64,000 nucleotides of DNA, taken from the NCBI GenBank assembly GCA_963825135.1, contig CAWGRW010000009.1, positions 1,856,001-1,920,000 on the forward strand, in the 5' to 3' direction. The stretch comes from an uncultured bacterium (lineage in GTDB: Bacteria; Desulfobacterota_D; UBA1144; Nemesobacterales; UBA2774). Made by a program: the position numbers and the translations under genes. A model generated the notes under the pieces. That model worked only from the letters and a program-made list of their open reading frames with translations, had not been told where the DNA came from and searched no databases. Positions 18,271-28,729 of this stretch are shown here, piece after piece. Position 1 is the first letter of the stretch. Every line of letters starts with the position of its first letter.

Positions 18271-19134
18271 GTGGAACCCGGCCAGTCCATACAATCGGCC
18301 ATCGGCGCTGCGTCAAGCGGACAGACCGTCTGGGTTAAATCCGGTACCTGGACCCTAAACGCACAGCTTGTAATGAAATACGGGGTAAGCGTTAAAGCCT
18401 ATCCGGGAATGGAGGCATACGATTGGGATACCGACACCATTAATCCGTCCCACCCGTACATCATTCCGGGCACCTGTTCGCATTGTGGTATAAGATGGGA
18501 ACGAGGTCAGGGAAACAATGAGTTCTCGGGGTTTGAAGTTGCCGGCGGGTATTCCGGCATAGATATCCATGCCGACAACGTGATCGTGAGCGACAACTGG
18601 ATTCACGATACCGACTATACGAGTATATTCATAGCGAGCTCGAGTAATATTCTGGTCGAGCACAACAAAACGGAGCGTGACGGACAGCATTGTGAAGGAT
18701 GGACGAATCCAAATGACGGCACCCAGATAAGCCCGCGTCACTGCCATTCCGTTTACTTGAGCAACGTCGCCGGTTACTGCGGCATGACGAATGTTACGGT
18801 CAGGGAAAATTACCTGTCGGATTCAGGGGGCAGCGCGGTGAATTTTAACGGTGATGACTGCGCAAAAGCCGGCGATCAACTCATATCGAATACCCTGATC
18901 GAGCTCAATACGATAGTGGATGTGAAGGTAGGACCCGCTCTCTGGCACGGCACCACCGGGACTGTAATAAGGGATAACAGTATCACGATCCAGCATCCGT
19001 ACACACCTCCGGGCGCCACAAATGATTTGCCTAGCGGAATGATGTGCGGGATAGTGGCCTGGGATGAAGCGCCGACTAAGTCGGGTAATACCTTTGACCT
19101 CAGGGCTGATTATCAACAGTTTTGCCAATATTAG
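18271..19134 (+). CDS. Right-handed parallel beta-helix (pectin-lyase-like) domain; 3' half of the frameshifted gene
   Basis: PGQSIQSAI..A..GQTVWVKSGT cap; repeated Asn/Gly beta-helix rungs; no signal peptide of its own; in frame with repeat units 9-10. Confidence 0.8.
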   Translation: MEPGQSIQSAIGAASSGQTVWVKSGTWTLNAQLVMKYGVSVKAYPGMEAYDWDTDTINPSHPYIIPGTCSHCGIRWERGQGNNEFSGFEVAGGYSGIDIHADNVIVSDNWIHDTDYTSIFIASSSNILVEHNKTERDGQHCEGWTNPNDGTQISPRHCHSVYLSNVAGYCGMTNVTVRENYLSDSGGSAVNFNGDDCAKAGDQLISNTLIELNTIVDVKVGPALWHGTTGTVIRDNSITIQHPYTPPGATNDLPSGMMCGIVAWDEAPTKSGNTFDLRADYQQFCQY

Positions 19135-19183
19135 CTGTTGTTCTTAAGGTGTAAGGGTAATGCCGAAAAGTGTGCGAGGATCG

Positions 19184-19220
19184 AGAAAGGCGGCGTATCG
19201 TATGGACCCGCCCCCTTTCT
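19184..19220 (+). terminator. Possible terminator hairpin
   Basis: AGAAAGG/CCTTTCT plus GGCG/CGCC pairing about 50 nt after the stop; weak U-tract. Confidence 0.3.
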
Positions 19221-19646
19221 GATTGATGTGTCCGCTCTCGCGCTAACAACACATGAATGCATTTATGACGGTATTTTAGCCTCACCCGAGCAATCTCGAG
19301 GATTCTCTCCCCGAGATATAACACATCCGTCTCAATTGAGAACGTTGCCGTAGCATCGGCCCGCGGCGGATAAGATTCCAAACTGTTGTGTCATGAAATT
19401 CCTTCCTGCATCTCCGGCATTCCCCTCGGTTCCGGATCGGAATAGAGCCGCTTACTAGCTTGAGCGCAAGATTTTTCCCGTGGATGATCCGACTTCAGTA
19501 GTGTACTATATTCGGCGGATGGGGATTAAACAAAAGCACATCGCCGAACACCGGCACTTTAATGTGGTTCTTCCGTTGTCTGTCTGAGAGGTGCGATCTC
19601 GGTGTTTTGCCATGAAACTGTATTGATTTGACGGGGAGCGTTCACA

Positions 19647-20900
19647 ATGAAAGAGCTGTTCACTGTTTTATCGTTCTTTTTCTTATCTCTTACATTTATC
19701 ACGTGCAGCGGGGGGAGTCAGTCGGAAGACACTGGCACTAATACCCAGAATAACAGGGAATTCATCGTGGCCAAGGACGGCAGCGGCGATTATACGACGA
19801 TCCAGGCCGCGGTGGACAACTCCAGGCCGGGAGACACAATACAGGTAAAGGACGGGGTGTACAACGAAGGCGTGAGTTTCAGAACTAGCGGTACGAGCGA
19901 GCGGCCTATAACTCTTATGAATTATGCGGGTCACTCGCCTGTGATAGATCCGGGCGGCGGCGCATACCCCCCCGACTACTCACACAGGGTGGAATTATGG
20001 GCGGAGTGGATAATTATACAAGGGTTCGAGATTAGACACGACTGGGACGGGGTGAAGATTTTTATGCCTCACAACACGATACGCGGGAACTGGATACACC
20101 ATAACAAATATGATGGGATTCTGATTATTTCGACAAATGATGTGTTAATTGAGGGTAATACCATAGAATACAACGGGACAGACCCCAATACCTGCTTAAA
20201 TGGGGAGGGCGTGTCTGATCCGAAGCATTGCCACGCTGTGTATATAAGCGATTATTCGTGCACGGGAGCGTCGGATATTACGATCAGGGGTAACGTACTC
20301 AGTAATCAGGGCGGGAGCGGAGTGAATTTCAACGGGCATGGTTGCTCCAGCAGAATGAAAAACACGCTCATTGAGAACAATATCATTGAAAATACTCACT
20401 ATGGTGTGGGGATGTGGTATAGCGTTCAAGACAGCGTGGTCGTGAACAATACGTTTGTTGTAAAGCAGGTCCCGATCACGGATGCTTCAACTCATGCCTT
20501 TGTGGCGGTATGGGGCAGTACGGGCAATATATTCAAGAACAACATTTTCTATAGTGACAGGGGAGACGTTCAGGGGATTCAGATAAATGATTCAGAGTCC
20601 GCGCAGAATACGTTTGACTACAATTTGTGGAATGTAAACGATGAGACATGGGTCTGGCGCGATAGCTGGAGGTCGGACTTTAGTTCTAATTACAGGGCCG
20701 AGACGGGCTGGGACGGCAATGGTCTGTGTTGTAATGTGGACCCGGGTTTCTATGATCTGTCTTCCGGGATATACCAGCTGAGTTCGGACTCTCCCGCTCG
20801 CGACCAGGGAATAAAGAACATATGCGCACCGTCGGATTTTGACAACGAGAGCAGGACGGACCCTTTCTGCGACATAGGTATGGATGAATACACGGAGTAA
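19647..20900 (+). CDS. Right-handed beta-helix putative lipoprotein (polysaccharide-lyase-like fold)
   Basis: Signal with ITCSGG; VAKDGSGDYTTIQAAVD..RPGDTIQVKDGVYNE, SGT..RPITL, beta-helix rungs; C-terminal YQL..DSPARD.G...DIG..E. Confidence 0.85.
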   Translation: MKELFTVLSFFFLSLTFITCSGGSQSEDTGTNTQNNREFIVAKDGSGDYTTIQAAVDNSRPGDTIQVKDGVYNEGVSFRTSGTSERPITLMNYAGHSPVIDPGGGAYPPDYSHRVELWAEWIIIQGFEIRHDWDGVKIFMPHNTIRGNWIHHNKYDGILIISTNDVLIEGNTIEYNGTDPNTCLNGEGVSDPKHCHAVYISDYSCTGASDITIRGNVLSNQGGSGVNFNGHGCSSRMKNTLIENNIIENTHYGVGMWYSVQDSVVVNNTFVVKQVPITDASTHAFVAVWGSTGNIFKNNIFYSDRGDVQGIQINDSESAQNTFDYNLWNVNDETWVWRDSWRSDFSSNYRAETGWDGNGLCCNVDPGFYDLSSGIYQLSSDSPARDQGIKNICAPSDFDNESRTDPFCDIGMDEYTE

Positions 20901-21287
20901 CATGGCATATAAGACCACAGTCCGGATAAAAGATCCCGACGAGCTGGCTGACACACCTTCTTCCCGCGGCTTCATACGTTATGCCTGGTTTCGAAAGGGA
21001 ACATAGTTGTTTCTGATTGTCATTCCGGCTGATAGGCATTTCTGTGTACCGCCGGTTAGTACGTTCCCCTGTTTTCTCTACCCTCGGGCGCCTTAGAAGC
21101 AGGGATTGGCACCTCCGGTATTTGCGGTGCCGTTGCATCCGACATTACATCAGGCTGTTGAGACCGGATTCTATTAGCCCGCTCCGCAATCCGCCCATAC
21201 CTTCTGTATCAAGGTCTCTTTAAGAACCGCGACTCCGGATTATAAGTACGTGATTCGGCCTGTCGCCTAGTAAACCGGATAAATAAT

Positions 21288-22310
21288 CTAGATTTTGACT
21301 GTGACATTCGCCGGATTATTCAGCTTCTGAATCACTTTTGCCGCTATCGCGCGCAGTTTATATAGAGGATTCTTTTGATAAAGGGACCATTTACGTGAAA
21401 CCGAGTTAAATGATTCTCTTCCTGTAATAAGGTACAAAGCGTCTAAAAGCGATATATGAAGCGAATGATAGAACGGACTGCTTATTGTTCCTAATTGATC
21501 GTAATAAGTCCAAAAACCCGTATCGTACAAATGAAGATTCTTCTCTAAAGTCGTCGAGCAGTCGAAGAAAAAACGCTTCACATCCTCTCCGCCGGTCACG
21601 AGCATAAAATCATACACTCCGAACAATGCGAATATGTAACCGTTAAGCACTGTGCTCCTTGGATACTCCGGATATTCTTCCAGGTATATTTGTTTATCTA
21701 TATAATATGTGCATCCGCCCTCTCCTACAGGTGATATCAGAAACTGATATGCCTTTTCAGACGATTCCATGAATGATTTGTCCTTGGTTATTCGATATGC
21801 CCTTATGAGGACCGATATTGCCTCACCCTGGGCCATTGCCGAGTAATTCGATAAAGAGGTAGGTCTCAGGAATTCCCAGGGGTTTTTCCAACCCCCGTTT
21901 TCATTAATGTTTTGATTGAGCCAGCCCGCCAGTCTTAGAAACGTCCTTTGTTGCTCTGCGTCACTCTTCTCCAGCCATAAATCGTAGGTTCCAAGAGCCA
22001 TCTGTGCTACATGAATGGGGAAATAAACAGTATGACCGTTGGAGAGTGTAACGGTCGGTACGCCGTCGCCGTCTGATTTTCCCTTCCAGTCGGCTTTCAT
22101 GCGGAGATCATTGTAATATCCGGATATGAGGTTTGGGCTAATATGTTTGCCCACTGTCTGGGGAACGTGATAGTAACTCCGTCCCAATAATATTCTAAAC
22201 GATCGAGATATTAGATTGATAAATTGTTGAGTTATATTACGGATCCCCTGCAGGTTATATGATGATGCAATATTATGGGAGAGAGCGTCCAAATCAGCGT
22301 TGGCTGACAT
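21288..22310 (-). CDS. D-glucuronyl C5-epimerase family protein (C5-epim_C domain)
   Basis: SAMAQGEAISVLIRAY, LEEYP, VLNGYIFALFGVYD, YDTGFWTYYD and YHSLHI, hallmark motifs of the heparan-sulfate C5-epimerase C-terminal domain. Confidence 0.88.
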   Translation of the reverse strand: MSANADLDALSHNIASSYNLQGIRNITQQFINLISRSFRILLGRSYYHVPQTVGKHISPNLISGYYNDLRMKADWKGKSDGDGVPTVTLSNGHTVYFPIHVAQMALGTYDLWLEKSDAEQQRTFLRLAGWLNQNINENGGWKNPWEFLRPTSLSNYSAMAQGEAISVLIRAYRITKDKSFMESSEKAYQFLISPVGEGGCTYYIDKQIYLEEYPEYPRSTVLNGYIFALFGVYDFMLVTGGEDVKRFFFDCSTTLEKNLHLYDTGFWTYYDQLGTISSPFYHSLHISLLDALYLITGRESFNSVSRKWSLYQKNPLYKLRAIAAKVIQKLNNPANVTVKI

Positions 22311-22529
22311 CCCTGTTCTATCATAATAGAGTTCAATGTTAATTAGACCTGACTTATTTTCGCCTGTCGTTTTAGCTTATCATAAAACAAATATATTCTA
22401 TCGCATTTAAATGTCGATTGGAAGTGAAACGTGATATTTCATATGCTATATATCTGTCGTCTATGTTTAAGTATAGGGATTTGTCCAACCGGGGTTCGCT
22501 AAACATTCCACGGTAAATAGGCGCATTGT

Positions 22530-23777
22530 CTATTTCTTGTTTATCAGGCCATCCAGGACCCTAAGGTATTCGGCGGCTTTTGCCGCTCTGGAGAATTCGG
22601 CAGTAACGAATACCCTCCCGTTCTCTCCGAGACTTTTTCTTAACTCCGGATCGGAATACATCCTGTCTATACAATCGATAAGACCCTGAACATTCTCGGG
22701 TTCAAAATCGATACCCGCTTTCGCTTTTTCGATAACCAGGTTCCGGGTTTCTCCTGAAGCCCCTACAATTATTGGCTTCCCGCACGCCATAGGCTCGAAG
22801 ACCTTGGCAAATATGGTTTTTTCGAGGAGCGTTGCTTTGCTGGACAGGACAAGCGAAACGTCGGATGAGTTAATATAATAAGGAATCGTTTCTCTCGGCT
22901 GTTGACCCAGGAATACGACATTGCCGAGCTTTTCATCGCGGCTGATTTTCTCAAGCCTTTCCCTGTCGGAACCGTCCCCTATGAGCAGAAATACGAGATC
23001 CGGAAATCTGCGTTCTATCTCTCTCGCCGCTTCCAAAATAACTTTGACCCCATGCGTATAACCAACGGTCCCGATATATGAAACTATAAACTTATCTTTT
23101 AAACCCTCCATTCCCTTTAATGCGGTATTGACTTCAAAGGGTTTGAAAAAATCTGTATCAACGGCGTTTTCAATGATCTTTATTTTTTCAGACGGAATGT
23201 TTCGTCCCGCGACCAAATGCTGCTTGAATGATTCGGTAACGACCACTATCAAGTCGCTCTTATCGTATAGGATCGATGCCATCTTGTCGAATACCTTGTA
23301 AGATATTGAATTCTCGTCGGCTATGCCGACTGCCGGTATCACCTCGGGCCACAGGTCCCTTACCTCGAAGACGAAGAGCGATCGCTTCAGTCTTGCTGAA
23401 ATGAGACCGGCAAGCCCTACGAAAAGGGAAGGTGAAGTGCCGATAACGACGTCGAATCCTTTTAAAAAGCAGGACGAAATAACGGAAGAGAGAAAAAACG
23501 ATACGTAGCTTATGCTTCTTCTGAAAGCGCTCCTCATGTGTGTGGGAAATCCAATCGTTCTAATTACATTTATTCCATTCAGTTGTTCGCGGAAAATGAG
23601 GTACTTAAGTTTATCCCTGTACTCCGTATAAATAATCCCCTGAGGATAATTCGGGAAGGAGGTCAGAACACTTACGCTATGGCCCATGTTTGCCCAATAT
23701 CGTGAAAGCTCGTAGACCCTTGAAGCGCCAGCGCCCATTTCCGGATAGAAGTTTTGAGAGATATAGAGAATTTTCAT
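22530..23777 (-). CDS. GT4 glycosyltransferase (WbuB-like)
   Basis: ISQNFYPEMGA, V.VLTSFPNYP.G, FEVRDLWPE, Y.GTVG..HG, KVFEPMACGKPI. Confidence 0.92.
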   Translation of the reverse strand: MKILYISQNFYPEMGAGASRVYELSRYWANMGHSVSVLTSFPNYPQGIIYTEYRDKLKYLIFREQLNGINVIRTIGFPTHMRSAFRRSISYVSFFLSSVISSCFLKGFDVVIGTSPSLFVGLAGLISARLKRSLFVFEVRDLWPEVIPAVGIADENSISYKVFDKMASILYDKSDLIVVVTESFKQHLVAGRNIPSEKIKIIENAVDTDFFKPFEVNTALKGMEGLKDKFIVSYIGTVGYTHGVKVILEAAREIERRFPDLVFLLIGDGSDRERLEKISRDEKLGNVVFLGQQPRETIPYYINSSDVSLVLSSKATLLEKTIFAKVFEPMACGKPIIVGASGETRNLVIEKAKAGIDFEPENVQGLIDCIDRMYSDPELRKSLGENGRVFVTAEFSRAAKAAEYLRVLDGLINKK

Positions 23778-24904
23778 TTGTGTGAGTGGTTTAATTCCTG
23801 ATGTATAAGGGTGGCGTATAGATTCTCTATTTTCTCTATCATCGACTCTTGAGTAAAATTCTGTTCGAGTATAGAGAAACCATTTCGACCCATCCGGCTT
23901 CTTAATTTACTATCTTTAAGAAGCGCGGATATTCCTTCCGCCATGGCTCTGTGGTCGCCTGGTTCAACAAGAAAACCGTTGATACCGTCTTTCACGACTT
24001 CGGGAATTCCACCGACATTAGTAGCTACAATGGGTATGGCAAAGGCCATATATTCCAATAGGACTATGCCCAGTCCCTCCTGAGTGGAAGACAAACACCC
24101 TATGTCCAATACCGAAATGACCTTTGAGGCATCTTCGACGAAACCTGTAAATATGATACTGTCCGAGATGCCGAGAGCTTCTGAGAAATCCTCCATCTCT
24201 TTTTTCGTGCTGCCTTCTCCTACCAGTAGAAAAGTCACGTGACTGTCGCTTTTTAATACTTCCCGGGCTGCAAGCAAAAAAGTTCCGTGATCTTTTTCTT
24301 TGCTGAAACGAGCGATCATGCCAACTATCGGTCCGGATTCTCTCATACCGTACCTTTTTCTGAAATCATCGATTGAATCAACCTTCGGCACGTGAATGTT
24401 TATACCATTATGGATTGTTATACATTTATCCGGGAAAGCTCCTATTTTATTCAGGAAAAGAGTACGTTCGTAATCGGACACAAAAATAATTTTATTAGAG
24501 AGCTTGCTGACGATCTTATCCATGAACAGGTGTATCCGGTTGGCATAGATCTGACCGTGTTTATGCGCTATTATAATGGACACACCCGCGATCCAGCCTA
24601 TCAATCCTCCCCAGAAATTTGATCCCAGCTTGTGTGAATGAATGATCTTGATATTATGTTTCTTGATTATTCTGAAGATTCGATAAAATTTGATTATGTC
24701 GTAAAAACGTTTCCTTTTAATCACATAGTACTCAATTCGACGATCTTTCAAGATATCTTCCATGCTTCCGCCGAGCCTGGTTGAACAGAAGATTGGTATG
24801 TATTTCCCGGATCTTTTCAATGAGATCGCTATATCCAACGCAATCTTTTCCGCTCCTCCACCGGGGGATAACGAATCTAAAAGAAATAGAACTTTTTCAG
24901 GCAT
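23774..24904 (-). CDS. GT4 glycosyltransferase
   Basis: GGGAEK, IHNGI, ARF..EKDH, EGLGIVLLEYMA..IPIVATNVGGIPE. Confidence 0.92.
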   Translation of the reverse strand: MPEKVLFLLDSLSPGGGAEKIALDIAISLKRSGKYIPIFCSTRLGGSMEDILKDRRIEYYVIKRKRFYDIIKFYRIFRIIKKHNIKIIHSHKLGSNFWGGLIGWIAGVSIIIAHKHGQIYANRIHLFMDKIVSKLSNKIIFVSDYERTLFLNKIGAFPDKCITIHNGINIHVPKVDSIDDFRKRYGMRESGPIVGMIARFSKEKDHGTFLLAAREVLKSDSHVTFLLVGEGSTKKEMEDFSEALGISDSIIFTGFVEDASKVISVLDIGCLSSTQEGLGIVLLEYMAFAIPIVATNVGGIPEVVKDGINGFLVEPGDHRAMAEGISALLKDSKLRSRMGRNGFSILEQNFTQESMIEKIENLYATLIHQELNHSHK

Positions 24905-25106
24905 GATGAACTAGTCTTGATCAATGATTGTAAATATGGCACTTGGAGGTCGTCCTTGCGTTCATTTCTATAAATATTCCGAGGACGTACAACCCGTCAC
25001 CGCGTCATTGTATGGATATAGTCGATGGTGAAACGCATCATATTGCGGGTCGGGCTTTCTCCGCTATTGTGCTTACAACGTATACAAAAGCCGAATCTCA
25101 TGTCTT

Positions 25107-26549
25107 TTACCTATCGCTGATTAAGAAAGGGTACCCCCTTGACCCGCTTCTCGACGGTATATCGGTTTTCTTTACACTTGGGGTGATCTCACGAATAGCG
25201 GCCAAATTAACCAGTACTGAGGATAACGATATCAAAAGCCAGACGGTTTTGTTTATGTCCAGCGTGTAAAATTGACCCACTACGACATTTGCTATAAATC
25301 CCAACTCGAGTGCGTTTGAATAATATAATAGATACGTTCCATCTTCGTCGGTGTTCGAGATGTTCTGGACTCTTTTTAGATCTCTCCATGTGAGGAAGAT
25401 AATCAGCACAAATGGAATAAGCCCGACTATTCCGGTACCTGTTACGACCTCAAGGAACATATTATGAGAGATCTCTTTGTATGGATTATAAAATATAAAT
25501 CCCCTGAACCCCACTCCGAAAAGAGGGTGAGCTTTGAATATTTCCGGTCCTATTTTGAAATAATACTGGAACCTTTTGTTAAGAGAGCTTTCCGAACGCA
25601 CTGATTGTTCGCTTTTAACTATTCTTAAACTCTCGACTCTTGATAGAATGCTGTCGGCAACGGTTAAATAAATTGCTATGAAAGCTATAATAACGCAGGG
25701 TACTACTATTGCCAATATTTTACCTCTATTTTTTCCTCTGATTAATTTAAACATGGACAGTAATAAAATTACGGAGAACGCGATATAACCCGACCTCGAA
25801 TACGTGAATATAAAACCGACGAATAGAATTGCGCAGCAGACTATGGACGAAATCTTTATGATCTGTTTTTTGGCGGTAAAGATAACAGCTACGCAAATAG
25901 AAATTACAGCTAATAGAAGCGCGGCAAATTCGTTCTGGTCCCCCGAAAGACCTCCGTAGCGTACCAAATTATACGACTTCTCGATGTCCCCGTGTCCAAA
26001 GACGATCGGGCTCAGTACAGATATAACCGATCCAAGAATTATGGCATAAAATGTATAATTCAGGGTCTTAATGTTTCTTATCATCATTACAAGTACAAAA
26101 TATAATATTATCAACAGCCATAGTTTAGTCAGCCATTTAACAACATAAGTTAGGTCTTTGGAGTAAGTAATTGAAAACAAAGAGATTATTCCGAATAAAA
26201 GTATACAAAGCACTTTTTTGTTTCTAAAAACCTCGGATATGTATTTAAGAGAGCCACTGGTTACTGCTAGAAACACTAAGTAAATGCCAATGAGCTTATT
26301 CAATGTTGAAGGGGCGTTGCTGCCGCCAAGCAGGAACAGCTCTTCCATAGGAAGTAGAAAGAAAAATATGGATAATGCTATCCAAGGCCTATTAACGGTT
26401 ATTACAAGAAAAGGGACTCCAAGCGCCAAGACAATCAATTCCTTGGACAATCCGTTCATCCCGACATAAATTCCTAATGCTATTCCCAGGAATATTAAAG
26501 ACAGGAATATTATTTGGAACGTCCGGTCATGTAGTCTGAGACGATTCAT
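25107..26549 (-). CDS. Wzy_C / O-antigen ligase-family membrane protein (probable polymerase)
   Basis: Many TMs; GDQNEFA, TYSRSG, HPLFGVG..GF, SHNMFLE; embedded among GT genes. Confidence 0.85.
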   Translation of the reverse strand: MNRLRLHDRTFQIIFLSLIFLGIALGIYVGMNGLSKELIVLALGVPFLVITVNRPWIALSIFFFLLPMEELFLLGGSNAPSTLNKLIGIYLVFLAVTSGSLKYISEVFRNKKVLCILLFGIISLFSITYSKDLTYVVKWLTKLWLLIILYFVLVMMIRNIKTLNYTFYAIILGSVISVLSPIVFGHGDIEKSYNLVRYGGLSGDQNEFAALLLAVISICVAVIFTAKKQIIKISSIVCCAILFVGFIFTYSRSGYIAFSVILLLSMFKLIRGKNRGKILAIVVPCVIIAFIAIYLTVADSILSRVESLRIVKSEQSVRSESSLNKRFQYYFKIGPEIFKAHPLFGVGFRGFIFYNPYKEISHNMFLEVVTGTGIVGLIPFVLIIFLTWRDLKRVQNISNTDEDGTYLLYYSNALELGFIANVVVGQFYTLDINKTVWLLISLSSVLVNLAAIREITPSVKKTDIPSRSGSRGYPFLISDR

Positions 26550-26598
26550 TGTTGCCTATTATTCACTTTCTATAAATTATACTTTATGTTTGATATAA

Positions 26599-27735
26599 TC
26601 ATATCTTACCTGTATCAATGAAATTTTCGTATATTTTTATTTCCTTTAATACCCTGCCGTTCAGATCGAAGTACGTTTCTATCCTTTTTCTCCCTTTGAT
26701 GCCCATCGAACGAGCTCTCTCTTCATTTTCCAGGAGCGAGACAATAGATACGGCTAGGGAATTTGGGTCTCTGGGGGCCGCCAGAAGCCCCGTGACCCCG
26801 TCTTGAAGTATCTCGGGTATCCCATCGACATTCGTTGCCACTACAGCTTTCGTCATTGCCATGGCTTCCAGAACAGCCAAACCAAACGGCTCCGCTAATG
26901 AAGGCAGTACAGATAGGTACGAGCAATTCAATAGGTCGGGAACGTCGTTTCTTATGCCCAAAAAATGAACGTGTCCCCCTACACCTAAGGCATTAGCCAT
27001 ATTAATTAATTCGCCTTCTAACGGTCCCCCCCCGCAGAAGATGAAATGAGTATCCTTATATTTGCTAATTATGCCGGGTATAGCGCGTAGTAAATATTCC
27101 AGGCCCTTTTCGGGACGAGCCGACGCCACTGTGATTATTATTTTGGCGCTTTCACTAAGCCCGATTTCTTTATGGAGTGAAAAATCGTTCTCCTTAGTAT
27201 TATATCTCTCCAGACTTACCCCGTTATGAAGTACCAGAATCTTGTTGGGGGACGTATGTAAATTGGACGTTAAATCTTTCATCACTGCATATGAAACAGC
27301 GAATACCTTTTGCGATAAAATAGAGCTGATATTGGCTTTCACCATGCTAAGTAGCCCTACCGGTCGGCTGTTCTGAGACGAAGTCGAGTGAATGGTAATA
27401 AATGCAGGTGTACGCGTCAGGAAACCGACGAGGGTTGCGTAATGTGATTGGGGATGGAATTGGCCCTGAATAATATCTGGTCTGTATTTGTGAACTAGTT
27501 GTATGAGAAAATAAAGAGAGCGGAGGAAAGCATAGATCCCCTTGAGTCGTTCATGGATAAAATATGGACAATCGTATTCGCTTAATTTCATCTTGATGTA
27601 TGGGTGCGGTTCTCCTTCAAAAACAAATACTGTACGGTGTCCTCGCTCCTTCATCATGTTCGCAAAAGTTAGAATATAATCCTCAAAGCCTCCGAGCTTC
27701 TTGGGATGGATTCCTAATATTTGAAGTACAGTCAT
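26599..27735 (-). CDS. GT4 glycosyltransferase
   Basis: GGFE, VLHNGV, EKGLEYL, FLGIRNDV, EPFGLAVLEAMA. Confidence 0.92.
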   Translation of the reverse strand: MTVLQILGIHPKKLGGFEDYILTFANMMKERGHRTVFVFEGEPHPYIKMKLSEYDCPYFIHERLKGIYAFLRSLYFLIQLVHKYRPDIIQGQFHPQSHYATLVGFLTRTPAFITIHSTSSQNSRPVGLLSMVKANISSILSQKVFAVSYAVMKDLTSNLHTSPNKILVLHNGVSLERYNTKENDFSLHKEIGLSESAKIIITVASARPEKGLEYLLRAIPGIISKYKDTHFIFCGGGPLEGELINMANALGVGGHVHFLGIRNDVPDLLNCSYLSVLPSLAEPFGLAVLEAMAMTKAVVATNVDGIPEILQDGVTGLLAAPRDPNSLAVSIVSLLENEERARSMGIKGRKRIETYFDLNGRVLKEIKIYENFIDTGKI

Positions 27736-27753
27736 TGTCGGAGTTCTTACCCA

Positions 27754-28695
27754 TTAATTCGCTTTTCTATATGTTGAAATGTATTTTTTCGCAGATTGCA
27801 GCATCGACTTTTTGAAAGCGTTGATTTTAGTAAACGCTGAGTGCCCAAACAGCGAAATTATTAAATTATAGTAAATTCTGATATCGAGGGGATTGAGTTT
27901 GAAGGCACTCATTAACGCTTTCCTGCCTTCTTTTACGTTTCCGCTATTACAGTATGTGACCCCGATCTTAAACCAATGATTACTGAGAGTTTTGTTGTCT
28001 GAAGCATATATATCATAGTGTTGTGTCATCAATCTCTCTAATCCTTTTATTAGCCTCATATTATTTCTACTGATGGAATTCTCAGTAATATAATAGTTGA
28101 CGAGAGGTTCCCTTACATAATCGAATTCGAATCTCTGAGCGATTCTTATCCACATATCGTTATCGCTCGCACTTTGATATTCAGCATCGAAAAGCCCGAC
28201 CTCATCAAAACAATGCTTCTTTACAATTACGGACGAAGTAGTAATAAAGTTATTCAGAAGCAATTCCCGCAAGATATTTCCGCTATACCGGGGAATCTTT
28301 GTTTCGACGATGCGACCCAGCTTGTCATCGAGTGAGTTTATACCGGTATAGACGGCACCCAGTTTATCCGGGCTTCCTTCGAGTAACCTTATTTGCTTTT
28401 CAAGCTTTGAAGGTAGCCATTCATCATCATCATCGAGGAACGCGATATACTCTCCTTTCGAGCTCTTTACGGCATTATTCCTCAACACGGCTACACCATT
28501 GTTATTATCACACCGTGTAAATCTTATCCTGTCATCTGAAAAGTCCTCTACAGCCTGGGGGGTATTGTCCGTGGACGCGTCGTCGGATACGAGAATTTCA
28601 AAATCGCTATAGGTTTGATTGAGGACGCTCTTAATCGCTCTTTTCACCAGCTCGGCACGGTTACATGTAGGTATAATCACGCTCACTTTAGGCAT
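27754..28695 (-). CDS. GT2 glycosyltransferase
   Basis: VSVIIPT.NR, DDASTD, GEYIAFLDDDDEWLP.KLEKQ. Confidence 0.93.
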   Translation of the reverse strand: MPKVSVIIPTCNRAELVKRAIKSVLNQTYSDFEILVSDDASTDNTPQAVEDFSDDRIRFTRCDNNNGVAVLRNNAVKSSKGEYIAFLDDDDEWLPSKLEKQIRLLEGSPDKLGAVYTGINSLDDKLGRIVETKIPRYSGNILRELLLNNFITTSSVIVKKHCFDEVGLFDAEYQSASDNDMWIRIAQRFEFDYVREPLVNYYITENSISRNNMRLIKGLERLMTQHYDIYASDNKTLSNHWFKIGVTYCNSGNVKEGRKALMSAFKLNPLDIRIYYNLIISLFGHSAFTKINAFKKSMLQSAKKYISTYRKAN

Positions 28696-28729
28696 CGTAG
28701 TAAATTATATAACCAAACGCGGCAGCTTG

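Noticed and set aside
19511..19606. Two partly overlapping hairpins upstream of the beta-helix lipoprotein gene as a riboswitch
   Set aside because: Only short 7-bp stems and no recognisable aptamer; cannot be told from chance without covariation data.
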